Source: Octopus vulgaris (taxonomy: Eukaryota). Taken from it: 64,000 nt of DNA. Positions 12,659-28,100 of this stretch are shown in pieces (within the stretch, counting starts at the first letter, position 1; every line of letters starts with the position of its first letter). The notes beneath the pieces are model-generated. The model did no database searches. It worked only from the letters and a program-made list of their open reading frames with translations, and was not told the origin of the DNA. Location of the stretch: the NCBI GenBank assembly GCA_951406725.2, contig OX597814.1, forward strand, positions 82,522,001 to 82,586,000, in the 5' to 3' direction. Both the position numbers and the translations under genes were made by a program.

Positions 12659-15600
12659 GATTGTATATATACATGCATGTATACATACATGCATACAACA
12701 TACATACACACACACATACATACATACACACACATACATACATACATACATACATACATACATACATACACACACATACATACAAACATACATCACTTGG
12801 CTCTATCATTAAGGTACATTTGCCATGCTTGTGCAATGGTCAAATTTTCTTTGGCACTGTGCATCACCAATCAACATGTTCTTTTGGTCTTTTATCATTT
12901 CCTTAATGAGATCAGTTTTCACTACCTTGTTTCAAGTCTTCTCAGATCTCACACACTCCATTAAACTTTAAGTACTTGATACTTCCTCATGTAGCTGTCC
13001 ACTACTTCTGGTTCTCTATGTACCAAGTTTTCTTCCAGCTCATTTGTACTCTTTTATACATGCACATCACACATCCAGCAAAGCTTGCCTGCTTAATTTC
13101 TTTCTAGTCTTTGTAAATCTTCAGCATTCAAGCTTCCCACCTCATTACCACACAGTATTTTAGTTCATACACAGCCATCATACAGTCTGCCCTTCACTCT
13201 GATACTCTGTAAAGTAGTCTGGGGATCCAAGTGTCAAAGAACCCAATACAAGTCTGCTGTCTTGCTGTCTATAAATAAATACTAGAAGCACCAGTGCATT
13301 GCTTTGCCCATGGGCCTATAGTGCCTATGAGCAAAGATGATCCTGTTGCAAAGGAGAAGACCTTTGTTGCCAGCAGAGGTAACAGCACCCTGTTTTTTTT
13401 TATTGTAGACAGTGGATCAGAGAGGGGGAAGGGAGTAGTTTCATATGAGTGTGAGGAGAATAACAGATAGTTAGAGATGGTGGTAGGGGTGAATGTAGTG
13501 AGTGGTGAACAAAGATAGATAAAGCACTGCATGTCAAAGTTCAATTAGATATTCTTTTTTTTTTCAATCTCTTGCTTTTATCTCTTAGGCAAACAAGCAA
13601 GATGTTCAGTACTTTTCTCAGCAGATTCAAAATTGTGATTTGTTAGTCAAGTAGTTGAACTGTAACCCACTGAACCACTGCAGCTCACTATAAAAGTCTT
13701 TTTTTTTCCTTTAAGAGTGTTCTAACATGAAATCTATTCTTAAGTGATTTAATGACATTTAACTAAATTGATAAACTATAGATTAAATGTTAATCAAATT
13801 TAATTCTGTTGATATGGCTGTTCCATCAGTTTCCATGATGAGCATTCAGTAGTTCAGATCTGAATGCTCATCTGACTTGTTAAATTAATGAGTAATTGGC
13901 TGAGTTTCCCACAGATGTTTGCTCTTCACATAACACTCAGACTAAATCAACATGACACAATGTAACATGGTTGAACTTTTGAATTAGAGACACAATCCTA
14001 CTGACAGGTTTCCAGATAGTTTACATCTGCCTGATTTCACTGACAGGATGGCGGGGCTGATTTGAGGCTATGGTAAAAGACATTTGTTTAAGATGGCATA
14101 CATGAATGAAAGAATGTTCAATGCTGATAAATATTTTGCAATTAGTTTACAAAAATGAACATGTCTGAAAGCTAAATATTGGTACATAATATTTCTGAGA
14201 AAGGCTGAAAAAAAAAACAAGCTGAAATAACAACTGGAATCCTATTTTGTTAGACTTGTAAAAATAAAAGAAAGCCTAATATACTCATTCAATTCCAAAG
14301 AAAATTACTTGAATTTGCTATTTGTGACATTTAGTGACAAAAAACCGTGTCTACCAATAGACATTATTTAGTTTCTTTATTTGACAAAGGAACATAAAAC
14401 TACCAAGAAAATTGGTGACAATAACTTGGGAAATGAAGCATTAAAGACTAACTTAGACTTTCAACCATTCAACCCTGCTTTGATGTAATTAGCAGTGGCA
14501 GCTTGCCATTAACTGTAATGAAGAAAATTGAAGCAAGATATTTTCTAAGAGCTATACCAACATTAAACAAGAGTAATTTATTTGCCTGATACATTTATTT
14601 ATTTTTTAAAAACATTCTGATTAGAAACAGATTCTTTCTGGAATAAAATGGAAAAAACATTCTGTAGATCCATGACAGATTTGTTGGAATGTAGACATTT
14701 TTTTTGCTATGTTTTATATAATTTTTCCATGCTGGTGGTGTAGAAGTGACATCCATTTGTAAATTTGAATTGTTGTGTCCTTTTTATCTCTATTAGCTCA
14801 GTCTTCATCAGGAGTGAGTCAAAATGTCTTAATCATCTGCATGCTGGATTTGGCCTTACAAGAGACACCAAAGTGAAATGGTAAAATAATGTTGAATCCC
14901 TTTTCTGTGACTGTGGATTAACCTTATCAATGAGTCACCCGCTGTTTCATCCATCATTAAGTTCCCCTTTACGATGAGATGGTTTGAGAAATAACACAAA
15001 AAACATGCACAAAACTACATAAAAGAGTGGAAAGATTTTATATGGAGTTAAGATAATAAATTCTCTATAGGAAGAGTAAGAAATATATCTATTAAGCCAA
15101 AGCAAATGATACTCCTAATGATTCTAGTTGAAAACTGCAACAATAACTGTAACAATGTTTGAACATGTCACAGTTTACTTATATTTTAATGTTATTTATA
15201 GGTTAGAGAAAAGGCAGTAAGCTGGCAGAATCAGTAACACATAAGACAAAATACTTTGTGACATTTCTTCCAGTTCTTTGTGTTCTAATTTCAAATTCAA
15301 CCAAAGTCAACTTTACCATTCAGGTTTTCACTGTCGATAAATAAAGTACCAGTCAAGTACTGGAGTTCATGTAAGCTACTTGCCCTTCCCCTCAAAAATT
15401 GTTAGCTTGAACTCTGTAACAGATGAGCATCCCATTCAAGGGAATGTTGTAATATCAGTCACATATACACGAAGGAAACTGAGTAATGAGCCTTATAAGT
15501 CCTCGGCATCAAGAAAAATTTTTTTTTTAAAGTTGGAGATTTTTTCAGTGTATTACACTAACTATTGGAGTATGTCTTTTACTAAAAGATACCATCCTTA

Positions 15601-15721
15601 TTTCTGATACCTCAGCCTCAAGATTTTTGTATTAAGTGCCATAAAACAAGTTATACCATTCCTAGTATATTTTCAATCACCACTTGTTAATCTTCATCTG
15701 AAATAATTTCCTTTCATTAGC

Positions 15722-15998
15722 CAGTGGTCCTCAACCAGGGTCCATATATTGGATTTTTGGGGGTCCTTGCAAGCAAAACAATAAGCTGGATACACACAGT
15801 AGTATATTACAATTTTCGATTTAGATGTGTTTATTGGGAAAAACAGCTAGGTTTCTTTCTCAAATATTTTACATAGTTCAATCTACAAAATTTTGAAACT
15901 AGTTTTTAAACATTGAGAGGCTATGGAGGTTCACCAGAGTAAAATAGTCATCAAAGGGGTCCATAGATAAAAAAAAAAAAAATGGTTGAGAACCACTG
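15722..15998. mobile_element. hAT (Charlie-like) MITE, same family as 7819 and 51582
   Basis: Termini cagtggtcctcaacc...ggttgagaaccactg; shared gggtccat internal motifs. Confidence 0.75.
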
Positions 15999-17700
15999 GT
16001 TTAAGCAATGCCATGTCACTACTTATTTCTTATTCTCTAGAATATGCAGCTTTTGTGCTGGTAAAATAAGTTTTGTTTTATAAATTAAAAGAGAAACATC
16101 TGTGATCATAGTTTTTGTAGCCCTTCCTATATGGCATATCAATGAAAGTGATATCTAGTTTTAATTTCTGTAAGTTAATATCACATGATCAACCAGATTA
16201 TCAGATGTTGTTACACATTGCTGGTCACAATACATTTTGCATCGTTTCAGCCTTCGTAACTGAATATATAAAGGTAAAAATAGAAAGCATATGGGAATTC
16301 CAGAAGGTGGTAAATGTGATGTCACAACCGAGAAGAATCTTTAAAGGGTGTTTTTATCCCATCATTTTAAAAATTATTTCATTCTTTCTTGTTGACATAT
16401 TCCAACACTGTTATTCTCTTCTTTTTTTTAAAAATTATTACAGTTGTACTTCACTATTCTTAATTTCTCAAAATCTGCACAAATTCTCAATATTTATTAA
16501 CTTCATATTGTTTATAGTTCAAACATATTTGCTTATTTAGCTTATGTTACATTTAGAATACAATAGTGTTATTGGTTATAGGTTTCTAATGATCAATTAT
16601 TTGTCCACATTTCTGACAGTAAGACTGACAAGGAAGTGTTGACGCAACTTAAAGCAAATACCTCACAGTGTATTTTTATTCAAAAGCATTGGTGTTTCAG
16701 TTTACCTCATGATGTATATAACCATGCACACACACACACACACAAACAAGGTGGGGAACTGATAGAGTGTTGGATAGGTTACTTTGAGATAATCATCCTG
16801 GTTGTTTGCACTTTGAGTTCATATAAAAAAAAAAAAAAATTAAAACATGGCACTCCATTGGTTACAATGACAAAGCTTCCAGTTGATCCGATCAATGGAA
16901 CAGCCTGCTCATGAAATTAACATGCAAGTAGCTGAGCATTCCACAGACATGTGTACCCTTAATGTAGTTCTCAGGGAGATTCAGCATGACACAAAATGTG
17001 ACAAAGCTGGCCCTTTGAATTACAGGTACTACTCATTTTTACCAGCTGAATGAACTGGAGCAGTGTGAAATAAAGCTTTGGAATACAATGTGCTGTTGGC
17101 TTTTGAACTCATGACCATATGGTCGTGAGCAGAACACCCCTAACCACTAAGCCATGTGCCTTCCCTGAATTCATTTACTGCTAAAATCAATAAATGAAAT
17201 ACCAGTCTTGCACTGAAGTTGATTCTTCTCTTTCTGGAAGAATTTAGCTGTCATCAGACCCGGAGAGGGATGGGCTCAGCCAGATCTAAAATCTACCCAA
17301 GATACCTTGGTTATGAAACATCTTTGATGTTCCAACCATGATCATTCCGTCTTTTTCTCAAATGTAGTGTATTTTGGACTACATTATCTAATGTGACCTT
17401 TCTTTTTTTTTTTTTAAGATGGTTAGGCACGATTTGCTGGAACTTGGTTGCTATCCTTAGCTAGTCAAGTAATCATAGTTGCAGCAGGTTCCAGTCTGTT
17501 TTGGCCTGGTGTCTACAGCTGGATGCCCTTCCAAATGCCAGCCACTTTACAGAGTGTACTAGGTGCTTTTTATGTGACACCGTCACCTGTACTTTTTATG
17601 TGGCACCAGCACCAGTGCATTTTATGTGACACTGTCATCAGTGCTTTTTATGTGGTACCATCACCAGTACTTTTTATGTACCACCAGCACCATTGTTTAA

Positions 17701-17921
17701 CCCTTTCGTTACTGTATTTATTTTGAGATGCTCTGGATTTCTTTAAAATAATTTTAAATATAACAAAGAATTTAGTAAAATAACTTAGTTATCATTCAGC
17801 TAGTTTTAGGTACATAAATTGTGACTAAGGTTTGGTGGAAGATTTTAATTCAAAACTTATGAAAACAAAACATTTGTACTCAGAGCCAGAGCCGGTTTCA
17901 GCTGGGTTGGTAACGAAAGGG
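17701..17921. mobile_element. piggyBac-like MITE
   Basis: TTAA|ccctttcgttac...gtaacgaaaggg|TTAA. Confidence 0.85.
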
Positions 17922-19019
17922 TTAATATAGTCTTCTTTATCTATGACAGTTGAGTGTGATAGTAAGGAAGACTTGGCTACTATTTTTAATGAGCTGAGCT
18001 ACTGTGTAGAGGCTCTTTTGTTGGCTTGCGATTATGAAGCTGATGAGGATGATGGTGGTAGCTAATGTTAGTGATGATGAGGGAAATGGTGGTGGTGGTG
18101 GTGATGATGACGATGACAATGATGATGACAATAATGACGGCGTTGATGATGCTGATGATGATGAAAAATGATAATGGTGGTTGTTGTTGGTTATAAAGAT
18201 GAGTTGACAACAATAACATGTAATATACTATCCAATATGATATTTTTTGTAGCAACTGTAAAACATAAGGTAATTGTAAAAGAGAGACAATTTGTAAAAA
18301 GAGAGACATTTTGGAAGTAAATGAAAAATAAAGCACAAAAGTAATAAAAACAAAATAAAATAGCAAATATATTAAAATATGTTAATAGCTTTATTATTGA
18401 AGTATTTAACATGAACACATTGACTTTGCAAACATTTTTTTTCCCAAGAAGTTTCCCTGTTTGATAATAATTTCTCTATGTTCAACTTAGGATACCTTGC
18501 TCCAGAATCTGTGAAGAAGTAAAATATTGTAAGAAGTATAAGACAAATGTTTAAGATATCTGGAGTGAGAGTGATTAGTTTCTCATTTTCACCTACAGAG
18601 GGGAAAAAGTCTAATAGCTATTATTCTGTGTAGGCTTCTTTAGAGGTTTTATAAGGATAACTTGGTGAGGTTAGAATGGATAATGTTTAGCTTAAATTTT
18701 CACAAATAAATTGTTAGATGAAGAGTATTCATATTTTGTGTGTAAGAGAAATATACAGAAGAATGATTGAGAGAGTTATTTAATATAAGATGAAGAAAGC
18801 ACAAGTATTAGAGGTGAGAGAAAGATATAAAGCTGATTCAGTGAATAAGTATAGGTATAAGAAAGTTTTTATTTCTCATAGATACATGGGTGTAGGTGTG
18901 GCAGTGTGGTAAGAAGTTTACTTCCCAACCACGTGGTTCTAAGTTCAGCCCCTTTGTATGGAACCTAGCCTTGTAAGTGTATTTGGTAGACAGAAAGTGA
19001 AAGAAGCCCATTGTACATA

Positions 19020-19229
19020 CAGAGTCTGCCAAAAAAATATATACACACTTCAGGAAAGGAAAATCTGTATAAATATTTTAATTCAGTGTTATTGTAATTT
19101 ATTCAGTGATTGCAATTTGATAAAATATTGAAAGAGATGTCTATATTCATAGAGGTATTAACACAAGTTAAATATTTATACAGATTTTTTCTTTCCTGAA
19201 GTGTGTTTACAATTTTTTTATGGACTCTG
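19020..19229. mobile_element. Tc1/mariner-type MITE with about 60-bp TIRs, nested in a SINE (about 18890-19480)
   Basis: TA|cagagtc...cacttcaggaaaggaaaatctgtataaatattt versus its inverted copy ending gactctg|TA; SINE sequence continues on both sides. Confidence 0.85.
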
Positions 19230-20199
19230 TATATATGTGTGTGTGTGTACGTTTGTGTATGTATTTATGTGTTTGTCCCCAACAACCACTTGAGAGCAAG
19301 AGTTGGTTTGCTTATGTCGTTGTGATTTAGTGGTTCAGCAAAAGATACCAACAGAATAAATAGTAGACTTGAAAAAAAAAAAAAAGAAAACAGTCCTAGT
19401 GTCGATTTGTTCAAATGAAACCCTTCAATGATGTGCCCCAGCATGGCCTCAGTCCAAAGATTGAAAGAAGTAAAAGAGTAATATTATGACTAATATTTGT
19501 CTTCCATGCTATAATTATTTTAGTTTCACCAGTCACAGATCAAACCATTTGCCTGACAAGAACATTCCTGAAATAAATGAAGATGGACTCTCACAATAAT
19601 TTCAACATAGGAACATCAGAAATATTACTAAGTTTTTAAATGGTTATATAAAAACATTCTGAGGAATAATCAGAAGTGGGGAACCTTTTTGATTCCAGAA
19701 AATCTAGGTGTGGTAAACAATAAACAAGGAGAAAGATTCTAGCAAGATATTCATACACTGGTAATACAATAACAGGAATTTGGGAATAAAGGCATGGTTA
19801 ATTGTTATTTTACTCTTTTACTCTTATACTTGTTTCAGTCATTTGACTGCGGCCATACTGGAGCACCACCTTTAATTGAGCAAATCAACTCCAGGACTTA
19901 TTCTTTGTAAGCCTAGTACTTATTCTATCGGTCTCTTTTGCCGAACTGCTAAGGTACAGGGACATAAACACACCACCATCGGTTGTCAAGCGATATTGGG
20001 GGGTGGGGCAAACACAGACACACAAACATATATACACACACATACATATATATACATATATACGACGGGCTTCTTTCAGTTTCCGTCTTACCAAATCCAC
20101 TCACAAGGCTTTGGTTGGCCTGAGGCTACAGTAGAAGACACTTGCCTAAGGTGCCACACAGTGGGAATGAACCCGGAACCATGTGGTTGGTAAGCAAGC

Positions 20200-20286
20200 T
20201 ACTTACCACACAGCCACTCCTGTACCTATACTTACCACACAGCCACTCCTGCACCTATACTTACCACACAGCCACTCCTGCACCTA
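20200..20286. repeat. 3 x 29-bp tandem repeat of a SINE 5' end
   Basis: tacttaccacacagccactcctg(t/c)accta repeated three times. Confidence 0.92.
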
Positions 20287-20627
20287 TTGGATGATATATT
20301 ATGACAGTCTAGACCAAGCTTATAAGAGAAAATCATATTCTTAATGCTTTAAAAACTTGTATAATATATTCTTCAATCCTTTAGCATTTAAACCAGCCAT
20401 ATCCGGCCCAAATATTCTTCTTGTTTTATGCTTAACCAGTCAGATCTGGATTCCTACATCTACCCTACTATGTCATTCTAAAAATAAACAATCACATCAG
20501 CAAACTCTCTAAGCTACAAGATTATGTATGATTAATTTAAAACAATATGAATGAATAGCTATTAAATTTGACAGTTGACAGAAAGATTTGAATGCTAAAG
20601 GGTTAAATACATGTGTGTGTGTGTGTG

Positions 20628-20695
<68 letters not shown>

Positions 20696-20943
20696 TATAC
20701 AATATCTTTTATCTTTTACTTGTTTCAATCATTTGATTACATTCTGGGGCACTGCCTTGAAAGGTCTTAAATGAACAAATCAACCTCATTTTTTGTAACC
20801 CTAGTACTTATTCTATCAGTCTCTTTTGCCAAACTGCTAAGTTACAGAGATGTAAGCACACCATCACTGGTTGTCAAGCAGAGGTGGAGGACAAATACAG
20901 ACACAAAGATACACACACATAGATATATACATATATACATACA

Positions 20944-21004
<61 letters not shown>

Positions 21005-21269
21005 ATACATACATACATACATACTTACATACATACATACATACATACAACAGGCTTCTTTCAGTTTCTGACTACCAAATCCACTTGGTTAGCCTGAGGT
21101 TATAGTAGAAGACACTTGCCCAAGGTACCATGCAGTGGTACTGAATCCAGAACCATGGAGTTGAGAAACAAACTTCTTACCACAGAGCCATGCATCTACA
21201 TGTCTGTGTGTGTGTGTATAGATATAGTATATACTATATATATGTGTGTGTATACACACACACAATGAT

Positions 21270-21710
21270 GAACTCTCCCGTTAGTTTTGACATATGAGGC
21301 TCTGAATAGCTACACCTTCTTTGTTAGTTGAATGCTTATGTAGAATATGATATTTGAATCCTGCTAATGATTTGCAAAGAAACCTGCAGATGTTGCAAGT
21401 ATGAGGATTACAGGTCAGTGCAAACAGTATATTTGCAGCTGCTTTTCTCCTTTGCCTTGCACCCCTTAGCCTGTTAATACTGGTTGAAACAAGATGATCT
21501 CCATTTCGCTCACTCCAAGGCTGTTTGCTCAAAGGTGTTGTGAGCTATATTGACTGCCAAGAGGTTACTCTTCAGTTTGTCTTTACATCCGAACCATGGT
21601 TAGTCAACATTCCTGTACCCACTATCAAACTGGCTGTACATGAGGACTTTAGGTATTCTTTCATCCTTCATTTCGATGATGTGACCAGTCCAGCACAATT
21701 GTGACTGCAT
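21270..21710 (-). mobile_element. RTE-clade LINE 3' fragment
   Basis: Remnants QLCWTGHIIEMKDERIPKVLMYSQF, KDKLKSNL and WRS, then a C2H2-like TCNICRFLCKSLAGFKYHILHKH. Confidence 0.75.
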
Positions 21711-21909
21711 ATATAACACATATGAATATATATATTAAGGCACAAAAAACAGTGCAACCATTAATTATATCCTGAAATACACATTGAATTTCATAAAGTG
21801 AATTAGCATTTTTATAATATATCAGAAATTAGAGAGTATTTTCTTACAAGGAAAATCTATGCATAAATAGAAACATAAAACTACCTTATTATTTGATAAT
21901 AAAGATGAT

Positions 21910-22185
21910 TTAGTTGGGTTCTTCAGTGTTTCTACTTCCAAATAGAGCTGTTTTGCTAAACTCTTCAACAGCAAACTCTTCTGTTCTAAAACATTTCCAT
22001 TTGAGCAAAGAATTATCAGGTTTCAATATTGGAGCATATAAGTGGCATATATATGCTTCATTCATCTTATGAGCCAATGAGATACCAAAATGCACACGGT
22101 TAGCATTTAAGGATGAAGTGTCATTCAAAGCTCGAGATATGTTGTATGCCTTGTTGAAGTACTCAACAGCATGAGAATGCATACA
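21910..22185 (-). CDS. TTC29: TTC29 terminal coding exon (CMHSHAVEYFNKAYNISR...EEPN*)
   Basis: Acceptor ccttttcag|T, open frame to TAA at 21912-21910. Confidence 0.85.
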   Translation of the reverse strand, partial: CMHSHAVEYFNKAYNISRALNDTSSLNANRVHFGISLAHKMNEAYICHLYAPILKPDNSLLKWKCFRTEEFAVEEFSKTALFGSRNTEEPN

Positions 22186-25100
22186 CTGAAAAGGAAAAAA
22201 AATCAATCAAATCATATTATCCAGTTAATGTATGAGAATGGACAAAACTTAGAAGTTGTTGAAAGAATTGTAGTAAATACTAATCATTCATCATCTACCA
22301 TCTCTATCAATTTTCACCAAACTATTCCTGGGAAGGTCCTCAGGCATCTCCTCCATAGGGTCCTATTAGAAGCGACTATCATTAGATTTTTCTGGTTGGA
22401 TTCCCAAGAATGATCAACTGAGACTATGGATATTATCCAACGTCTATTACCTGTGTATGTGAATAGATAGCTTTGTTGTGAAAACTACTCATAAATTTTC
22501 TCACATCTCATCTAAGTATGTGAACAAACAAAATTACAATTTGTCAGAAGCAATGTAGTGAGTATTATTCATGAACACTGACTATTCAATGCTCAACAAA
22601 GTAAGCTAATTTAACTCCACAATACACCTACACTTTTCACATACCTATTAATTACATTCTACACAAACATAACAAAGCCTAATATATAACATATATACAA
22701 TATCCTTTTGAAGTATGTAGAATGAAAGATTTTTAGCAAAGAATGGAAATCAAGCCATGACACGTACCCCTTACAAATACTAAGTACAGATTTCTCCCAT
22801 GGGTACAAAGCCATGAATTTGTAGGGGAAGTGTGTAGTTGATCGAACTATGCCCGTTATTTTGCAGGACTTTAGGGGAGTGGATTGGTAGAAATGTTAAA
22901 GTGCTAGACAAAATACCATTCTGACTGTTTATGTTCTGAGTTCAAATCCCACTGATGTCAACTTTACCTTTCATCCCACTGAGGTCAATAAAATAAAAAG
23001 TGTTGGGGTTGATGGTACAGACTTCTCCCTTCGCCCCCCCCCCAATAAAACCGCTGGCTTTGTGCCGAAATCAGAAAACATTATTTTATAGGAATTTATT
23101 TAATCAGTCTAATATATGCATAGTATTTATTTTGTCAATTTTGGAAGAATGAAAGAAAAAAATGTAACACTGAAAGATTTGAAACTAAAAACATTGAGAA
23201 ATAAAGCATGGTCATGTATTTGGCATGGTATATTGCTGTCATGTATTTAGCTTGGTATATTGCATAAGGCCAGTGATTTTGTGAGAGAGGATAAGTCGAT
23301 TACATTAACTCCAGTACTCAACTGCATTTGAACTTAGAACGTAAAGATGAATAAAATGCTGTTAAGCCTGCTAACAATTCTACCAGCTCATCGTCTTAAA
23401 GCCCAACCTAATATTGATAATATAGCATTTAAGTGTTAACTGATATAAGACAATAAAGTTTATTTAAATGCTTAATATTTCTTTTTTCTATGTTAGAATG
23501 GATGGATTATTTTTTTGGAAATAACTAACATTAGGTATATATAAATACTTGTTGTCACAATATACCATACCTATTGCTAATGAAGTAAGTGGTTAAACAA
23601 GAGAGGCAAAAGAAAATATCTATCTTAGGTAATTAGTATAAGAAGTATACAATGCAAAGCTATAACAAGATAATAACTTGTGACATGACCAACAGACCTG
23701 TCAGTTATCATAAGGGTAAAGACTCCCTTCAGTCATGAATGACCATGGAATTGCACCAAGAAAGTTCCACTCCAAAGCACAAGTTTGGGCAAAGTTGTCT
23801 ATGGAAGACCAGCAGTTGCTCATGCATATCAGCCTCCCCTTTCCACACCACTGATGTCATCCAGAGGAAAAGCAAAGGCTGATATAGTTTGGCATCGATG
23901 ATGTTGCAACTCATTTCTACAGGTGAGTGAACTGGAACATTGTGAAATAAAGTGTCTTGCTTAAGAATACAACACAGCCTGGTCCAGGAATCGAACTCAC
24001 TACCTCATGATTGTGAGCCCGATGCTCTAACCACTGAGTCATGCACCTTCACTGTTATTGTACATTATTATTATTAGAGAATCTTCAGTTAGAATTTATG
24101 CATAAAGACAAATGTACACAGAAATCAGAAATACATGCAAATACTTAATGCAAACATCATTAAGTAGATTATATAATGAAATATAGCTTACCAAAGAGTT
24201 GTATATACAACCTAAATGATGACAAGCATTACTGTAAGCTTTTTGTTGACCACTTTTTTCAGCATTGTCAACAGCAAATTTTAAATAATTGATGCATGCT
24301 TCAGTATTGCCTTTTCTGAAATAACATGATATCATTTTAAACATTACACTCATAAAATAACTTCAAATGTTACTTAAATCAGGTGATTTTTGAAGGGCAT
24401 TTGAAACCACTTCAAGATTTACACTTCAAGTTAGAATCAGATTTACAGTTAAAAAAACACTCAAGTAAATTAAACATAGTAGCAAAAAAAAAGAAAACAA
24501 TATAACATTTGGACAAAATGTAGACAATGACAAAAGAGTGACTCTTGTTTCAGATAAATTAAGGATAATCATTAATCAGAAATGAATTACCATATTTTAA
24601 AGTATACAAAGCAATGTAGTATATAATGTAAATGTGCTGGTGGAATGTAAAAAGCATCCATTACACTCTTAGAGTGGTTGGCTTTAGGAAGGGCATCCAG
24701 CCATAGAAATCATGCCAAACCATACTGGAACTCTGTGGAGCTTTCCAGCTCCAGTCAATCTGTCTAACTCATGCCAGCATAGAAAGCAGATGCTAAATGA
24801 TGACAATGATGATGATGATGATGATGATGACAATGTAGTGTAAGGATTCAAACATCAACACTGTCTTTCCAAATCTAGCTGCATTTCACAAAGAAATTTT
24901 GGTCCTCCAAAGTTGTCTTGGTATATAAGTTGAACTACTTTTGTGGCTGTAAAAAATTAGACTTCTATACTGGGAAATATGGTAAGAAAATATGCTAATG
25001 CCAATCTGCTAATTTAGAAGTATATTCTTAATTCAGTACATTTTTGTGTTTGTAGACAATGAAATATAATTTGATGATAAATAATTTCAATCAAAATCTT

Positions 25101-28100
25101 AGATGATTTTTGTTGAACCAATGAACAGAGTTAAATTACAGCAATAATTGAACAGCTAATATGTCTAGTGCTGTACAGAAACCAATGAAGATGTAACAAA
25201 CTATCATTTCTGTTGTTTAACATGCATTTTCTCCAGCTGGCACAGATTAGATGGTACGTAGTAAAGAATGCTGCCCCTGTGTCATTCACTGAAGCTCAAT
25301 ATCCCGAGACTTTACCCACCTCATTACATTTTCTTAGCTTTTCTTTGCTACATGTATCTCACCAAATGGGCATACATCAATTTTTCATCCAATAAGTGTT
25401 GTCCATTTGCATGGGAACACAGCTGACATCATTAATAGTCCTCCAAAGTTGCTTCTTTTTTCTGTTAGCTTGATACTCTGCATTTTCTTTTCCATTCATA
25501 TAAATTGCTATTGTATATCTAACATTGTAGTTGTGGCAGATACCGGTGTCATGCAACTGGCATCTGTGCTGGTGGCATGTAAAAGCACTCATTGCACTCT
25601 TGGAATGGTTGGTATTAGGAAGGGCATCCAGCCATAGAAACCATGCCAAATCAGACTGGAGTCTGGTGCAGCCCCTCTGCTTACCAGCCCTGGTCAAACT
25701 GTCTGACCTATGCCAGTATGGACAATGGACATTAAATGATGATGATGATAATGATGATGTATATTTATTAATAAACTGATAAATTAAAAATGTATTTTAC
25801 AATGTGACTTTAGCATCAGCTTATAGTTACAATCCTTTTATGATCATTTCTTTGTAAAGAGCTAACTAATATTATAACAACCAATTAAGAGCCTAAGTTA
25901 TGCTTCAAGGATATTTGGACAATATTTATTAGATATTTCATTAAATATCTAATGATATATGTGTATATGTTAAAGTATATAAATTTCTTGTATGGCTTCT
26001 TCATGTGTCTCCCACTTGTTTACTCCAATATAGTTTTCCCAAATTTGCTGCTAGAATAATTAGTTATTTGTGTTCTACTCAAGACAATCATTTCAATGAA
26101 AGAAAATATTTGTTAGTCTCAAGGGTCGATTGGAATAAATAAGATATTGAACCAGCAACACAGAAATCTCTAGTTCAAGCTTGCTACATGAATCTTGATG
26201 TCAAAGAATTTATTCCTTAGTCTAGTCTTCATTCCATTGTATTTCATTGTGTTTGTACTATTATTTTATGCCTAATTCTATTCTTTATTCCTCCATATTT
26301 TCTTCTGTTCTTTATTCTATTTGCTCTTTTCTGGGCTTTATTCTAATGAACTTCATCTAACTGTTGTTAACTGACACTATAACTCCAGAGAATGTTACCA
26401 GTAATAAACTGGTGTCCTATTCTGAGGCAATTCAGCTTTCCCTGCTTAACATTACTGAATCCACAACTAAACTCTAACTTTATGAATACCTTTGCTTATA
26501 GAAACATTTATCACTATCAATAGCATATAAAGCAATGAATTCTTACAATTGATAAGCCCGAGCGATAGCCTCTGCAGCTCGTCCCATTCCTTCAATGTCC
26601 TCATAACGCTCAGTTACATCTAAGAATTCTTTCAAGCGCTGTGAAGAAAAAAGAAAATAAACAAAAAGATATCTATCAAATAAATAAATACATGTATTTG
26701 ACCTAATTATACTAATGATTAAAAATAGGTTTAAAAGAAATTTTATTCCTGATGGATTAATAAACCAAAAGGGCAGACGTCCAGGATAGGCTGCCCACAT
26801 AAATTAAAATTTCTTTGTTTTGACAGGGTTTTTTCTGGAGAGGGGTGGAGTTTAAAAGAAACCATTTCTTGAAAAAATCTTTTTTGTTAAAAAGATGCTT
26901 CAGATCATTTCCAAGAACACTGTGAAAAGTTCCTGTCAAAACAGAGAAATTCCAATTTATGTGGGTGACCTAACCCAGACGTCAGCCACCAAAAGTTATT
27001 TTATCAGTGGAATTATATTTACCAAGTTTTGTTTTAACTAAATTTGATTTTTTTCTCTCTGTAATAATGATTTCTCACATTAACATAAATTAAGTGGATC
27101 CTAGTATGTGCCTAGTAGTTGTTTTTATCACTCTTTTCAGGACTGATAAAAGAAACACTAGAAGTTCTTAAAATAATGAGTCAATTGTACTCCAGAGGGA
27201 TGGATTGTTAGAATGCCAAGGAATCAACAGTTTATATTCAGTTATTATACTATGTCTTTGTCAAACAGTGTTTAATGGAACCTAAAGAAGTAAAATGAAG
27301 TTAAATTTACTACTATAAGTAACAAAGACACTGTAAAACTGACAAGTTTGTTAGCTTCTCTCTTTTCTCTTTTACTTGTTTCGGTTGTTTAACTGCAGCC
27401 ATGCTGGAGCACCGCCTTTAGTTGAGCAAATCGACCCAGGACTTATTCTTTGTAAGCCTAGTACTTATTCTATTGGTCTCTTTTGCTGAACTGCTAAGTT
27501 ACAGGGACATAAACACACCACCATCGGTTGTCAAACGATATTGGGGGGGGGGGACAAACACAGACACACAAACATATACACACACATACATATATATACA
27601 TATATACAACGGGCTTCTTTCAGTTTCCGTCTACCAAATCCACTCACAAGGCTATGTGCAGCCTGAGGCTATAGTAGAAGACACTTGCCCAAGATGCCAC
27701 GCAGTGGGTATGAACCTGGAACCATGTGGTTGGTAAGCAAGCTACTTACCACACAGCCACTCTACACTCAAATGTTTCAATAAATCTGCTGCAAACTTGG
27801 GTCCTGTTTGTCATTCAGGAATGTCATTCATCCACTGACTACCTTGGGATAAATTCCAGCACACAGTGACACCTTTCAGTATGTTCAAGGTTAATGTATA
27901 AGAAGGGATATAAAATATTCATTCAAAGCTTCGAAACAAAATTGGTAGTATTAAGCTTACTTTGAACTGTTTCCACCTAAAACCCTTTGATACACTCATA
28001 CCAATTAACGTTTTGCTTCCTATTTTGCTCTTCACTAAAGTACTTGTTTTAACGAGTTCAGAGGATTGGAAACATAAATCAAGTGAGGTGTTATTAGGAT

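Noticed and set aside
18497-18509. 13-nt micro-exon-like segment (cacag|ATTCTGGAGCAAG|gtatc, minus strand)
   Set aside because: Lies downstream of the TTC29 stop, is not frame-preserving, and has no partner exon; likely chance
19876-20193. Recurrent similar ORFs (MSKST...EPCGW) at 19.9, 27.4, 44.3 and 51 kb that look like a gene family
   Set aside because: Antisense reading of SINE family A copies
20200-20286. 29-bp repeats as a possible CRISPR array
   Set aside because: No spacers, derived from a SINE head, eukaryotic context, no cas genes
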